DNA of 62,602 nucleotides, filler included, from Sphacelaria rigidula (lineage: Eukaryota), in NCBI GenBank assembly GCA_964200075.2. It is 10 parts of 10 records of this genome, joined end to end, with 100 filler letters (N's around TTAATTAATTAA, not from the genome) between each part and the next. Parts side by side here need not be neighbours in the genome. Positions count along the whole stretch, not along the records: positions 25,084 to 31,253 come from CAXNAA020021772.1; positions 31,354 to 37,523 come from CAXNAA020021773.1; 8 more parts are not named here. One strand, 5' to 3'. Shown in pieces: positions 25,211-37,122 of this stretch. The position numbers and the translations under genes were made by a program. Position 1 is the stretch's first letter. Each line of letters starts with the position of its first letter. The notes under the pieces were generated by a model. The model was not told where the DNA came from. It did no database searches and worked only from the letters and a program-made list of their open reading frames with translations.

Positions 25211-27160
25211 ATGATTACCATGATGGCTGTGCTGTATAACTGGATACGGGAAAACGAGTACACCCCCAAGAGGTGGAGAGAACGAGTAGTAGTCAACCTT
25301 TTCAAAAAAGGAGACAAGGCTGACCCAGGGAACCATAGAGGGGTAACGCTACTGAACACGGTAGGGAAAACGTTCTGTAAGATTCCGAACGATAGAGAAA
25401 GAACGATGCTAGAAAATGAAGACAAAATTAGCGAGGGACAAGCTGCTTTCAGACCAAACCGTAGTCGCATAGACCATGTGTACACACTAAGTAAGATTAT
25501 TCGAGGTAGGAGAGACGCCAGGCTGACAACGTTCTGTTTCTGGACGTGCGAAAGGCTTATGACACAGTATGGAGAAATGGGTTGTGGAAAAAGCTGTGGG
25601 AAACTGGGATCAGAGGAAAGATGTGGAGAATGGTGAAGAAGATGACAGAATGTGCCAAAAGTGTCATGATGCTAAACGGGGCAACGTCGAAATATTTTGA
25701 TATCTCACAAAGAGTTGCAGAAGGATGTACGTTATCACCTAGGTTGTACAAGGTATTTATCAATGACCTGATAGTAGCGATGGAAGCAGCAAAGCAAGGA
25801 GTCAAGGTGGGTGAAGATGTGATATCAGGTTTGATGTTGGCAGATGATTTTGTGGGGATATCAGGAACAGCAGAAGGATTGCATAAACAAATAGACAAGG
25901 CTCTGGAATACACTAGGTACTAGAGAGTGACAGCAAATGTTAACAAATGCGCGGCAGTAGTGTGTAGCGAAAGATAAGGAAAATCTCGTAGAGTTCAAAT
26001 GAAAGTGGGGAGGAGAGGAGCTGCCGATCGCGTAGACCAGTATACAGACCTTGGCGTAGAGATCTCAAGAAACCGTTCTGGGGATGCACACATAAATAAA
26101 GTAATAGAAAAGGGCAAGACACAGATAGGCAGAATGGACGTGGTTCTCAGAGACTCGCACGTAGACACTAGGATTAAGAGATATACCCTGATGAACGTGA
26201 TAGTACCAAAGCTGGAATATGCTGGAGAGGGATGGGAGGGGAACGTGAAGTTGGTGAAGAAGTTGGAAACAGTACAGATGGCAGCAGCTGAGAAAATACT
26301 TGGATGCTCTAAAACGACGAGTAATACAGCACTGAGAGCAGAGATATAAGAAAATTGCGATGGCAATATAGCGAGAAGAACATGCAGAGAAAGAAATCGC
26401 CAGCCAAAGTTGATAGGGCTGTATGGAAGAAAAGTACGAAAGGGAGAGCTGGATCAAAATGGGACACAGAAGTCGAGAAAGTCTAGAAGGAGATAGGAGG
26501 AAATCAAGATGAAATACTGTCCATAGGTGAAGGCGCGGGGTACGAGACCAAATTAAGAAACATGATGGACAGAAGGGGAGAAGAAATGCTCAGACGGAAA
26601 GTAGATAAGGAAGTACACCTGAAGATATACGGGGGGTTGAGAGAGGGGATCGGGATGAAAGCATATCTGCATGATCCAATGGACTCGGCGAACAAAATTG
26701 AACGTGCGATTTCGGGAGGGGGACCTGACCCGGACCTGCCTGAAAGAAGAGAGAGATATACCAGTGGTCGAGAGGAGGAGAACGTAGATGCATAGAACTC
26801 TCCCTATGGCAAAGCAATAGAGAGCAGAAGCCATATAGTGGCAGAATGTGAACTATACAGGGAGGAACGGGACGTGCTAGAGGGGAAAATGCGAGACGTG
26901 AACGAAGGTGGCATGAAATCGTCTGATGCATTGGACAGTAGGGAGGAAATGATGCCTATACAAGGAGATAGTTGGTGACCACAGACGGCGAAACAGGACG
27001 GGGATAAGATATGTAAAATGTTTTGTGTAATGTATGGAAGAAACGTAATGAGCGTCGGAATGTTGGAGGTGTCTCTATTAGGAGTAGGAACGGTGNNNNN
27101 NNNNACCAACGAAGGCAAGAAAAAAATAGGTATGCTCCCCCCCCCCCCCCACCCCCCATT
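25211..27160 (+). mobile_element. 5'-truncated degenerate LINE ORF2: reverse transcriptase plus C-terminal CCHC-like region (RTE/RTEX-like)
   Basis: LFKKGDKADPGNHRGVTLL, QAAFRPNRS, DVRKAYDTVWR, EGCTLSP..F, LADD and ESRSHIVAEC. Frameshifts and stops. The clade assignment is inference. Confidence 0.93.
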
Positions 27161-28212
27161 TTCCACTACAAGATGGTGGTTGGGATTAGTGATACGAAGC
27201 ACGTTTCATTCACTTCACGGTCTCGTCGTTGAGGAGGGGTTGGTGAAGTCACAACAATAAATCGTGTTCGTGCGGACAATTAACGCACGTGCGCGTAGTG
27301 CTACGGTAGGAGTTCACAAAGTGTTTTCGGAGATGTCGAATTGTTAGGAGCCTTCGATCTCGTCCAAAAAACGACTGATCATTTACCTTGTAGTACGCCG
27401 GGATTATCGTTATAACGGGCTAGGGACATCCCGAATGGATATGAAAATAGGAACAAGTGTGCAGCCCCCACGGTAGCATTACACGTGCGTGTGCAAATGC
27501 GTGGGTAGTACACCTGCCCCCCCGTCTATCCTTCGTGTGTGCCCAAGTGACCATGGGGCTCAGTCGCGTGCTGGGAGATACTCCACCGATAGAGGGGATA
27601 TGAGGGGGGAAACTATTGCTTCTTTTTCTCGCTTATGGCTCCTTCCTTCCTCCGTCGTGACGAGTCCGTGCCCCCCAGGGATCAACGAGCGGTCTAAAGG
27701 TGGGGGTGCACAACTTTTTTCTGAGCCCCTGCGCTTTGGGAGCCTATGGTGACAGACGGACTACAATAATATTATACCGACGGTGCGCAGCTCATCTCCG
27801 AACAACCATTCGATCCGAGAGTTATGAAACAACTATTGTTAAAGTGTTTTGCAAACAGCAACTGAGTCGTTACCGAGTAGACAACAACTGATAAAGCCTA
27901 CAACTGACTATTCGTCAGTTGTTTGTCGTCTAGAACGTGTATATTTTCGATGTTCGAGTGACCAAAAGTTGATATTTCTTCCACGGGAGAGGTGCAGGAG
28001 GGAGGGGGCGGGCTACAGTACTATACACTACACATTTGTCACGTTACTCAGTAGCCTCGTTCTTATTCCTCCGTGAATTTGTCTGAGACATGCCTGTTGC
28101 ATAAACGATTACAGACACCAATAAATGAAAGCTACCACCCCCATGTCTTACGTCACACGAAAACATGGATGGTTCGATAATATATACTTCAGCGCACAGC
28201 GGGCTGATTCTT

Positions 28213-28213
<1 letters not shown>

Positions 28214-28277
<64 letters not shown>
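28214..28277. repeat. (CA)n microsatellite. Others: (TG)/(TA)n ~2785-2820, (CAGTA)n ~40379-40430, (CTGTG)n ~57385-57430
   Basis: Read directly from the sequence. Confidence 0.95.
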
Positions 28278-28281
<4 letters not shown>

Positions 28282-28453
28282 CTACTACTGTGACTTCACC
28301 GACCCCTTTGCGGCATCATCACCTATACTCGTCGTCTAACGGTCTCACCGTCCACTTCCCTCCGCCCCGCTCCCCGTGCCCACCCGAACGCAGCACTCAC
28401 TACAACAACTCAACACTGGTCAATGGAAGAACGGTGCTGCATCGTTTCTTCTG

Positions 28454-28603
28454 ATGGCACCCCGCTACGCAACAGCAACAGCATCATCAGCGGTCGGAAG
28501 CGCCGTCTCTTCCAGCCCGTCAGTCACCCACTTCGAGTTCGACCTCCTTCCTTTCCTTTCAAGATCGAACTGTCCCGCCATCCGAAACGCCATGAGACAA
28601 TGG
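28454..28603 (+). CDS. Candidate first coding exon; weak resemblance to the CFAP300 (C11orf70) N-terminus
   Basis: ATG, 50 open codons ending HFEFDLLPFLSRSNCPAIRNAMRQW, then a GTGAGA donor. Confidence 0.35.
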
Positions 28604-29480
28604 GTGAGAACTGCGGCACCCACACCTTCGTACCGCGTGTATATTCCCCATATTACATCACCTCTGCCAAGCCTTGGATATTTCTGGGGAAATGTGGCCT
28701 CGTATTCTCACAACACCGCGCACAGATGGGAACAAACGACCTATTTATGACACTTTCTAGGATATCCCCCCCTCGCCCCCCCAAAAAAACAAGAGAAGAA
28801 CAAAAAACAGCCCAAAACTGCTACATTTTTTTTTTCTTGTCAGAGAGCGCTTGATGTTGATTGTACTGTACATTCAGGCAGCATGAAGCGCCCCATACGG
28901 GCGGCATTGGCGAAAACGAACCCGAGCGTGGGAATTCTCAGCTGCTCGTTGTGCTCAGCTTTTTTCGTTCCGATTCACGTGTAGATTTCGCCTCCCGAAA
29001 CCAGCGACTTTTTGAGGGGGGGGTATCGTAGAAAGTGTCGTACTTATTTCTTGCTTTTGTGCTCATTATTCTCACAAAAATGATCAGAATCAACTTTGCC
29101 CCGCCATATGCAATACGGTAAGAAGACGATCGACGCTAGATGGACAAGAGCCGGCTTCTCAAGTGACCTGTTATATACACACACCCGCTAATTCATAGAA
29201 AAGAGTGCCGGCTTCTCAAGTGACTGCACTATAGTATCCTCTATTTCATGATACAATTCACTACAAGCAACAACTGTTGTTGTTGTACCTTGCTGGTTGG
29301 TTGCCATTTTTCGTTCGCTTCGTGATGGTGAATCGTTTTTGGTGTCTTGTTTCCCTCTTCTCTTTCCCCCGTTTTTCCTATCTCTTCTCTTCCCCTAGTA
29401 TACCCCCCTTCACTTTTCTTCTTGGCTTCTTTCCTTTCGATCTTTCAGCTTCTGACCCCCGTTGTGTTTTTCTTTCGCGG

Positions 29481-29885
29481 TTCCGCCGTTCCGTGTGCCG
29501 AGATATTTGAACACGCATCGTACTGTTGCTTGCAACAGATGGATCCGGCTTTCTCCGTGTAGCGGCCTTTGCCGCAGGTTTTAGTCGTTAGTTCAGATCT
29601 CGATGACTACGCGCAGGGCAAACCGTTTGTTGGCTTTGTTTCCTCTGACTTTTTCTCTTGTTCTCCTTGTTTGGGTTGTTTCTGCTCTCTTTTTCCCTGT
29701 TTCCCCTTCACCTCTCTCTCACGATTCCGCCGTTCCGTGTGCCGAGATATTTGGACACGCATCGTACTATTTCTGGCAACAGATGGATCCGGCTTTCTCC
29801 GTGCAGCGGCCTTTGCCGTAGGTTTTAGCCGTTAGTTCAGATCTCGATGACTACGCGCAGGGCAAATCGTTCGTTGGCTTTGTTT
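29481..29885. repeat. Two direct copies of a ~160-bp block with ~244-bp period
   Basis: TTCCGCCGTTCCGTGTGCCGAGATATTTG...GATGACTACGCGCAGGGCAAA at ~29481 and ~29725. Confidence 0.9.
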
Positions 29886-32280
29886 TTATGCGTTTGTGTT
29901 CGTGTTTGTTTGTCTTTTGTGTTTGTTTTTGTGTCTGGCTTGTTTCTCTTGGAGGGGAGGAAGAGGGGAAGCGGGGAAGAAAGGGGGGGGACGAGGAAAG
30001 GGGAGGAGAATAGAGAGAAGTAAAACGAGGGGAAATAGATGTAGGGGGAAGAGACAGCAAAGTCGGTGCACCACCACGAAACGAAAGAAAGAAGGATAGT
30101 AAAGGCCGAGCATTTAGACCAAGGTCTCATTTTACTTTCATGAACCGTCACCAAGTTCTTGCTCGATACGTGAGCCCCTCATCCGAATACCCACATACTA
30201 CACCAAAAAATAGATGTATAGTCTGGTATAATGATAATAGTCAGTGAACCCGCAGACACTTTTGTCATGAGTGGCGAATCTACTACAAGCAGACTGAGAA
30301 GCCATATAGCACAACCAATCTTGGCGGGAGGTAGTTGACCCCTTCATATTTCACTGAGACCCCGGCTACGTACTGTATAATCCGACACGATCCGATATAC
30401 CCCTTGTCTCTCACTCTCTCTCTCACCATCTATTTCTCTCTCCGGAGTATACACACACATTCAGAGTCGTGAAAACACTGACGGTGATACTGTGACGCTG
30501 AACGGGGTACTAAAATTAATAGGTATTGAACCTAAGTACCCGTCAAACGTGCCTTCAGGTAACAACAGGCGATCCTGAAAAATGGAAACGAGATTTTCTT
30601 ATGGGAACGAACTGAGAGGTCGAAATTAGTTGTGTATGATATTGAACGTCGATCCCCAGTCGAAGGTTGCCTTCGAGGCTCCTTTGACTCTTCTTCAGGA
30701 TCGCCTGTTAGTTGTAGGTTGAAGGATTTTTTTAGTGAGTTCGAGTCTCACACTGCCTGCGGCAGAGAACAATGCTGTCGTTGGCGCCTAAGCCGGAGCG
30801 AGAGATGAGTTCCAACCAGTACTACTCTGGTTGGGTGGGTCTGTGATTTGAGTGTCAATGCTTTAATCATGGTAACCACCATACGAAAGCGATCAATCAT
30901 TCCTAGAGAATGCTGTTGTTCGTACAAGTATCGGCGAGAGGTTTTTTGTCCTTGTTTCCCACAAGGGAAACTAAACAAACAAAAAAAATGGCAAACAGCG
31001 AGGTCAACTTGTACGTGCTGTGCTGCTGCAATGTGAAAGATAAGACACACTCGATACACACATTGTTTTCGTCGAGAAAATTCATGCATATATCGCGCAC
31101 GTCATGAAGCTCAAGTGCGTGTCGATCCGTTGCTATCGTCGTCGGATGGGAAGCCACATGCCCCCCCCCCCCCCCCCCCCTCCCTCCCCCCACCCCCCCC
31201 CCCCCCCCGGGCCTCGTTTTGTTCTTGCGCCAGGGGTCGGTCCGCCGTCCGCCNNNNNNNNNNNNNNNNNNNNNNNNNNNNNNNNNNNNNNNNNNNNTTA
31301 ATTAATTAANNNNNNNNNNNNNNNNNNNNNNNNNNNNNNNNNNNNNNNNNNNNCCCTGAGAACTCCTTGACATTCACGCATGTTCTCGGATTTGAGATCG
31401 TTCCTCTCTGAGGCGCATACCTTTGCAACCTGCCCCCCCCCCCCCCCATGATACTCGCCATGAAACACTAATGAACACTATTCTAACGGGCTGAATCTTC
31501 GCGAGGGAAGTCCTGTGTGGTTCCTGAGCGTTTTTTCTGCCACAGTTCAAAACCGTCTCCTCCCTCGAGACGAGTCCGTGGTGTCAAGTGTGAATGGATC
31601 AACTTATCTATCCCCCGGTACATGCCTTTCTTACATTTCGATATCGCTGATTGGATCATGACCATCAGCACTCCCGCACCGCGTTGACTGTCATCAAACA
31701 TGACCTTATTTGCTACTCACATCGTCGCGCTTTCAAGTGCGGAAATCAGATACTTGAAAAAAACAAACGAACTAAAGGCATCCGGTGGGACTCAAACCCG
31801 CGTTCGTGCCGACCTAGTGGTGTAGTGTCAATTGTAGCACGCATCAGGCCACCGGGGCGCGGAGGTGCTAACAATTAACAACCAACCGTTCATGATTGTT
31901 GGCATGGAATCATCGCTGGTTCGAAGCACCAAATCTACTATTTATGAGGCCTGGTTGCTCGAAAGAGGGGAAAAAGTTGGCCGCGGGTCGAACACTGTGC
32001 GCTATTTAACGTGCCTCGGGTGTACGTACCTTAACCTGGGGTGCAACGCTGAAGGCAAAGCTCAAAGATTGATTCGCACGGGACGAATCAATTGCACTAA
32101 TATCAAGTAATTTCAAGACGATTTATTATTCGTCCAACCCTTGCAATGGTCATCAGTGGCTACCGAGCATTTTTGAAGTCCTGAAATCGAGCTCATTTCA
32201 CAACGGCATCTCATGAGTTGTTTCCTCCTTCCTTCTTTCGTTGTCGTTATCTGTCTTGTCTTGTTTTGTTTTGTTCGTAG

Positions 32281-32496
32281 GTCCACTTGAAGTCCCTGAT
32301 CGAGGTGTTCATCACCACTGTGTTCCTGCGTGTCTTGGAAAGTGAGAACAGCACGTTTGACCACAAGCGGCGGGTGCTTGAGGCGGTCACCACTTTCAGC
32401 GACACGCCTCAGGCCCTGGTGGAGATCTTCCTCAGCTACGATTGCAACCAGCACACCGCTGATCTGTACAGCCGCATCATCACTGCCTTGTCCAAG
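32281..32496 (+). CDS. SEC7: BIG/Sec7-type ARF guanine-nucleotide exchange factor, exon containing the HUS box
   Basis: VHLKSLIEVFITTVFLRVLESENSTFDHKRRVLE...LVEIFLSYDC...LYSRIITALSK. TAG acceptor, GTATGT donor, 216 nt, phase 0/0. Confidence 0.9.
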
Positions 32497-33689
32497 GTAT
32501 GTATCTATGTCCCATGCTTTCTCCGGATGCCTTTGATACTCCTTTCTCTGGTGCTGATTGATATGACGACGAACTCGCGTAGGCCTGCCTCTTCCAGGCG
32601 GAATGGTTCGGACCATTCGGTTCAGTGGCTGTCTGAAACCGCAAGAAGCAAAATTGCCGAATGACTAAATTGCAAACATTGAAGCACGAGTATCCACCTT
32701 CGCGGAGAATTGGGCTCCCCTCGTCTATGTTGTATGTTGGACACTTTTTATCGAGGCACAGGGCTTTGAAGTGTAAGTAGACATCGACATCTAGGGTAAA
32801 GTTTTGATGCAAATAAGCACCATCACCTACCCCTACCCTGTTACTCGTGGTAGTGCGTGGCAATCTCCTCCCCCCTCGATATCACCTTCCCTGACCATCT
32901 TACAACAAATTCCCTGTTTGGATTTCGCCGTGGTGGGATTCGAAAACTTGAGTTTCCTGACGGCCTGGGTCTTGCGTGGTATGAAAAGATACAATGGTGC
33001 CGGTTCAAGATGCTTCGTATGTTTGTTTCAGTACTGCCATGTTCCCTATATCTATCATGACTACACACCCGCAATTTTTTGTGCCTTGATTTAGAAAGGT
33101 ATCTCGAACCGTTCGTGATATGAGTGCGGCTATGCACACGTACCGTATGTCGTTTCCGAGGACCAGCAGCTGTGCCTCCTACATGCAGCACATGTGAGCA
33201 ATGTTAATTCTTGCGTGTCTGACGCTGAGGCTCTCGTATCAACTTTCTGGCCCAGTGAGAGACACCTTATATATAACCATTCGGGTCATAGATCTCGTTT
33301 CGGAACAGTATGACTAGATGATGACCTTCAAGGCCGGTCCATCCCGACGCTAGAGCTCCGATGTTCGAAGAATTTGTGCGTCCATAGTATCTAATTATCA
33401 GATATCTTTGTCTGAGACCCTGACAGTGAGTGCCCCCCGAGATCTCATGAGGTTGATTCAAGTAATTTCATCTCATCCATCAGTGAGGTTGAGTATTGAG
33501 GGGAAAGTTAGAACAGGAGTAACTGCATTCGAAAGTGACACGGGGGTGCTGAAGAAGAGTGTGCTGTACTGCCGTGTTCAGCACTATCTTACCCGTCCGC
33601 CTGAACGGAAAACAAGGGGGCTGCATTCGCTTCATGACAAATGCCTTAACGTTTTTGGGGTGTTGTGTGCGGCGTTGATGAACATTGCG

Positions 33690-34090
33690 ACATGGTCACA
33701 TCTTTTTTCACGAGAAACTGTTGCGATGCAGACGCCAAAATGCATTTGGCGAAGTTGACCCAAAACCTTGCCGCGAACAGACGTGGGAGGATGAGCACGA
33801 GCAGGGCTGGGTGTTCATCCCGTGAGGAAGTGAGGATGAGGATGTCGTCGAGCCATCTAAATACTCCATCCAACTGGCCGACCAGTGTTTTCACTTCATG
33901 GGTAGAGACTGCAGGCATCGCCGTCAGACCAAGGCGGATCTAGTCATCTTGTCAAGTCGTAAAGTTGCCCATCGGCATCTCTGACGGCTGTTTTGTGGCG
34001 GTCTTCGTCTGCAGTTTAGATGTGGTGAAATCCCGACGCTGAGGCGAATTTGGTGACGTTTTGGCTTGCCTTTCAGTCCATCTGAAATCG
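33690..34090 (-). mobile_element. Degenerate Ty3/Gypsy reverse transcriptase fragment inside the ARF-GEF intron
   Basis: SGFHHI..DEDRHKTA, GLTAMPA, WLDDILI..S..EH and VNFAKC. Confidence 0.8.
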
Positions 34091-34597
34091 GTTTGTATCT
34101 CGCACTTTAACTGACCCCCCGGGGGTCCAGCCGTGGTCTCACGATAGACATACCCAACAAAAACGAAACTGAAACACGCTCCTAAGGAAGAAAAAAAGGA
34201 AACAGAAAAAAAAAAAAGGTCAAACAGAACGACATAGCAGACTAAGTCGTGACAAAAAGAAGTAATAAAAAGTCGTCACAAGCAAAGCACAGAAAAAAAT
34301 GGCCGACCTAAAACAAAAAAGACGATTGTGTATATCTAAACCCAGCAATGACGAGTACCGTCTGATACGGAGAAGAACGGTTACAGGCTGTCACTAATCA
34401 CCCACCCCCACTCCCCGAACTGGTTGTTTCCCTGCACGGTGACACTGACCAAGTGATACTCCCCACCCGGCGGCACTCTGTACTGTGTGCACTTATACTA
34501 TAATAGTATACGGAATGGCACGAAGTGAAAGTGTTGGTGCTGTGCCGTGCCGTGCCGTGCCGTGCAAGGGACGTACTAACTAGTACCGTGATGTCAC

Positions 34598-34700
34598 GAT
34601 TGATCGATTCGGTTGATTTGATGGGTTGATTGAATGTCGCACCTGAACTTACCCCCCAGGGGTCATGATCCAGCCGTGGTCACACGATAGTCGTACTCCA
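34598..34700 (-). repeat. Short interspersed repeat ending in (TCAA)n, probably the 3' end of a second retroposon family; copies at ~34098-34150(-), 45207-45270, 56652-56712
   Basis: Shared core GACCACGGCTGGA...GGGGG, followed by TCAA repeats in three of the four copies. Confidence 0.6.
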
Positions 34701-35338
34701 CACAAAACAAAACTGAAACACTCGCTAAAGGAAATCGAAGAAAACAGAAGAAGGTAGAAAGGAAACACATTGATCAGAGTAGACTAGGACAGGAGAAGAA
34801 GACGAAATAAATACAAGATCAAGAAAAGAAAATGGCTGGTCTCTGCCACATGGCTTCTGCGTAGAAGGTCTTGCGCAGAACCAGACTCATACCCAGTAGT
34901 AGAAAACAAAAGGCCGTAGGAAAAGAAAATATTGCGGCTCATCTACTTCGACCGCACTATCCAAGGTACGGACCCTCTCATCCATGGACGAACACAATAA
35001 AGCGAGGTACCACACTGCTCTGGCATACACGATACGCTGGCAGGAAAGGGCACACATGTAGAGAAAAATGGGGGAAACCTGGTTTACCCCTATCCTCAAA
35101 ACGCTCATACAGAGTGATGCGTGTGTTTATGTGTTTATCGAATCGCTGTGAAGCCTTTTGGGGTTTGTGTGATGTAAGGTGGAGAATAGCATGGCTATGA
35201 ACAATGTAAAGGCGTCTTTTTCCATTTTCATTTCCATGTTGTGGATTGCGGCAGGAGTGATGGAGCGAATCCTCAACCATTATATGCACGTTTGCTCTTG
35301 CGCCTGCATGGAAATTGAAACTCGTGGTGTGATGACAG

Positions 35339-35463
35339 ACCTCGAAGGGGCGAGTGATGAGCAACGTCGACGTTGCGAACAACCCCACTTTGCTGCGCGA
35401 GGAGAGCTTTTTGCGCATGAAGGGGCTGGAGGGGCTGGTGAATATTCTCCAGAACATGCTCAG
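35339..35463 (+). CDS. SEC7: BIG/Sec7 ARF-GEF, next exon
   Basis: TSKGRVMSNVDVANNPTLLREESFLRMKGLEGLVNILQNML matches the LR.KGLE.LV.IL..M pattern. Phase 0/2, compatible with both neighbours. Confidence 0.85.
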
Positions 35464-36219
35464 GTCAGCGCCAACCTACTGCTCGTACTTTGTGTTTTTT
35501 TCCCTCGTAGGCTCATTCATCGTCCGTCTCCGCCCATTTTACGCCATGAACCATGGATTCTTGTTGCATTGTGTTGGTGTTACTTTCTTTATTCTTTCTT
35601 TCGTTTTTTTTTTCATTATCCCATTTTCCTTCACACTCGAAGACCCCCCTGGAATGTGAACGAACCAGTTCACGAGTCATGCTATGGTAGGGGTTGCACA
35701 TTTGGCCCCAGGTCGTTCTCATCGAGGGGCTCCTAAAATGAGGGGCTACACGAACATATTAGTCAGGACATTCCTGTTTTCTTAGATAAAATTCGAGATA
35801 TCTGTAGCTCATTGGAATGTATATCGTGGCGTGCTCTCACACACTCTGTATCATGACGTATTTGTGATGAGCTAGGGGGCTCCCGACAGTTCAAACCTTG
35901 GAAATATTTTGTGCACCTCTATGGTCGGTAGCATGACTCTCACCACTGGTCATTTGATGGTCTATTACTATATTTTACAATGATAAGGATGTAATGTCGC
36001 GCACCCTTTTTTTTTGGCTCCTGTTTGTGAAGCTATCGGTACAGATCACGGTCCGTGGTCGGTGCAACGTGTGACAGTTAAAGTTCAAAAACCCTGGAAC
36101 ATCATCCATGTCGTTTTTTTTTTTTTTTACGCAGCGATACGTGGAACGTGCGTTTCCCTGGACAAGCGTTACTGCTGTAGTCAAGATATAGATACCTTGG
36201 TGCTTTTTTCGCGGTGCAG

Positions 36220-36400
36220 GTGCGTCGGTAACGATGCGGAGGAAATTCAGGGCCGCAACGAGCACCTTCTGCAACCGAACAATGAAGAGCCTAAGGCATC
36301 CCTGGATAGACGAAGCAGTGACGGCGTAGGCGAACCGATATCCAGCCACGGAAGCAATGGCCACCTCGGCGACCTCATGGGCTCAAACGCCGCGGAGCAG
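36220..36400 (+). CDS. SEC7: BIG/Sec7 ARF-GEF, linker exon
   Basis: TGCAG acceptor and GTACAC donor, phase 2/0. Completes the AGG codon, then CVGNDAEE...NAAEQ. Confidence 0.7.
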
Positions 36401-36713
36401 GTACACGGTCTCTATTAAGAATGCTGCCGCGGGCTTTGTGGTACGGATATTTAACTGCGGTCGTTGCTGCATTCGTAACGGTGTGGCGGCGTAGCAGTAG
36501 TGTGGCGCAGTTGACATGTAACAGTTGTTGAACTGGGCAGTGAGTACAAGAATATTTGACTACGAGCTGGGCCAGCTGACGTTTATTTTTTAATGAAGAG
36601 TGGAGATGCGATTGGCAATTGGAAGAGTTGGGCGCTGAGTTTTTGTACGACATTTTGATCATCAACCCGCGCAATCCTGTTAGGCCGCTTCTTATAACAG
36701 ACAAAAATAAAAC

Positions 36714-37122
36714 CCTGAAAAAGTGCTCTTTTGGAGCTTTTACGTCGTTTTAAGCCACAAGAGAGAGCTAGGCGGACGTTGACACCTTGGAATGATTTGC
36801 TCTACTCGTTGAGGGGGTTCGAGGACATTTCCTCGTTCTCCGGTGGCCGTGGTTTTTATTTCCGCCCACCAAGAATTTTAGTCCAAGAACAGTCGAAAAC
36901 GGTCGAATACCGAGAAATTCGCCAGATTTCTCTGGACTTGACCCTTCTTGGACAAAAATTCTCTTTTGGTCAAAATAAAAACTGCGGCCACCGAGAAACG
37001 GGGAAATGTCGTGGAAACCACCTCAATGAAAAGAGCAAATCATTTGCGAGGTGTCAAACTCCACCTAGCTCTCTATTAAGCGGTAAAACTATGTAAAAGC
37101 TCCAAAAAAGCAGTTTTCCAGT
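36714..37122. repeat. ~410-bp degenerate foldback
   Basis: GAGAGCTAGG/CCTAGCTCTC, AATGATTTGCTCT/AGAGCAAATCATT, CGGTGGCCG/CGGCCACCG and GTCCAAGAA/TTCTTGGAC occur in nested symmetric order. Confidence 0.8.
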
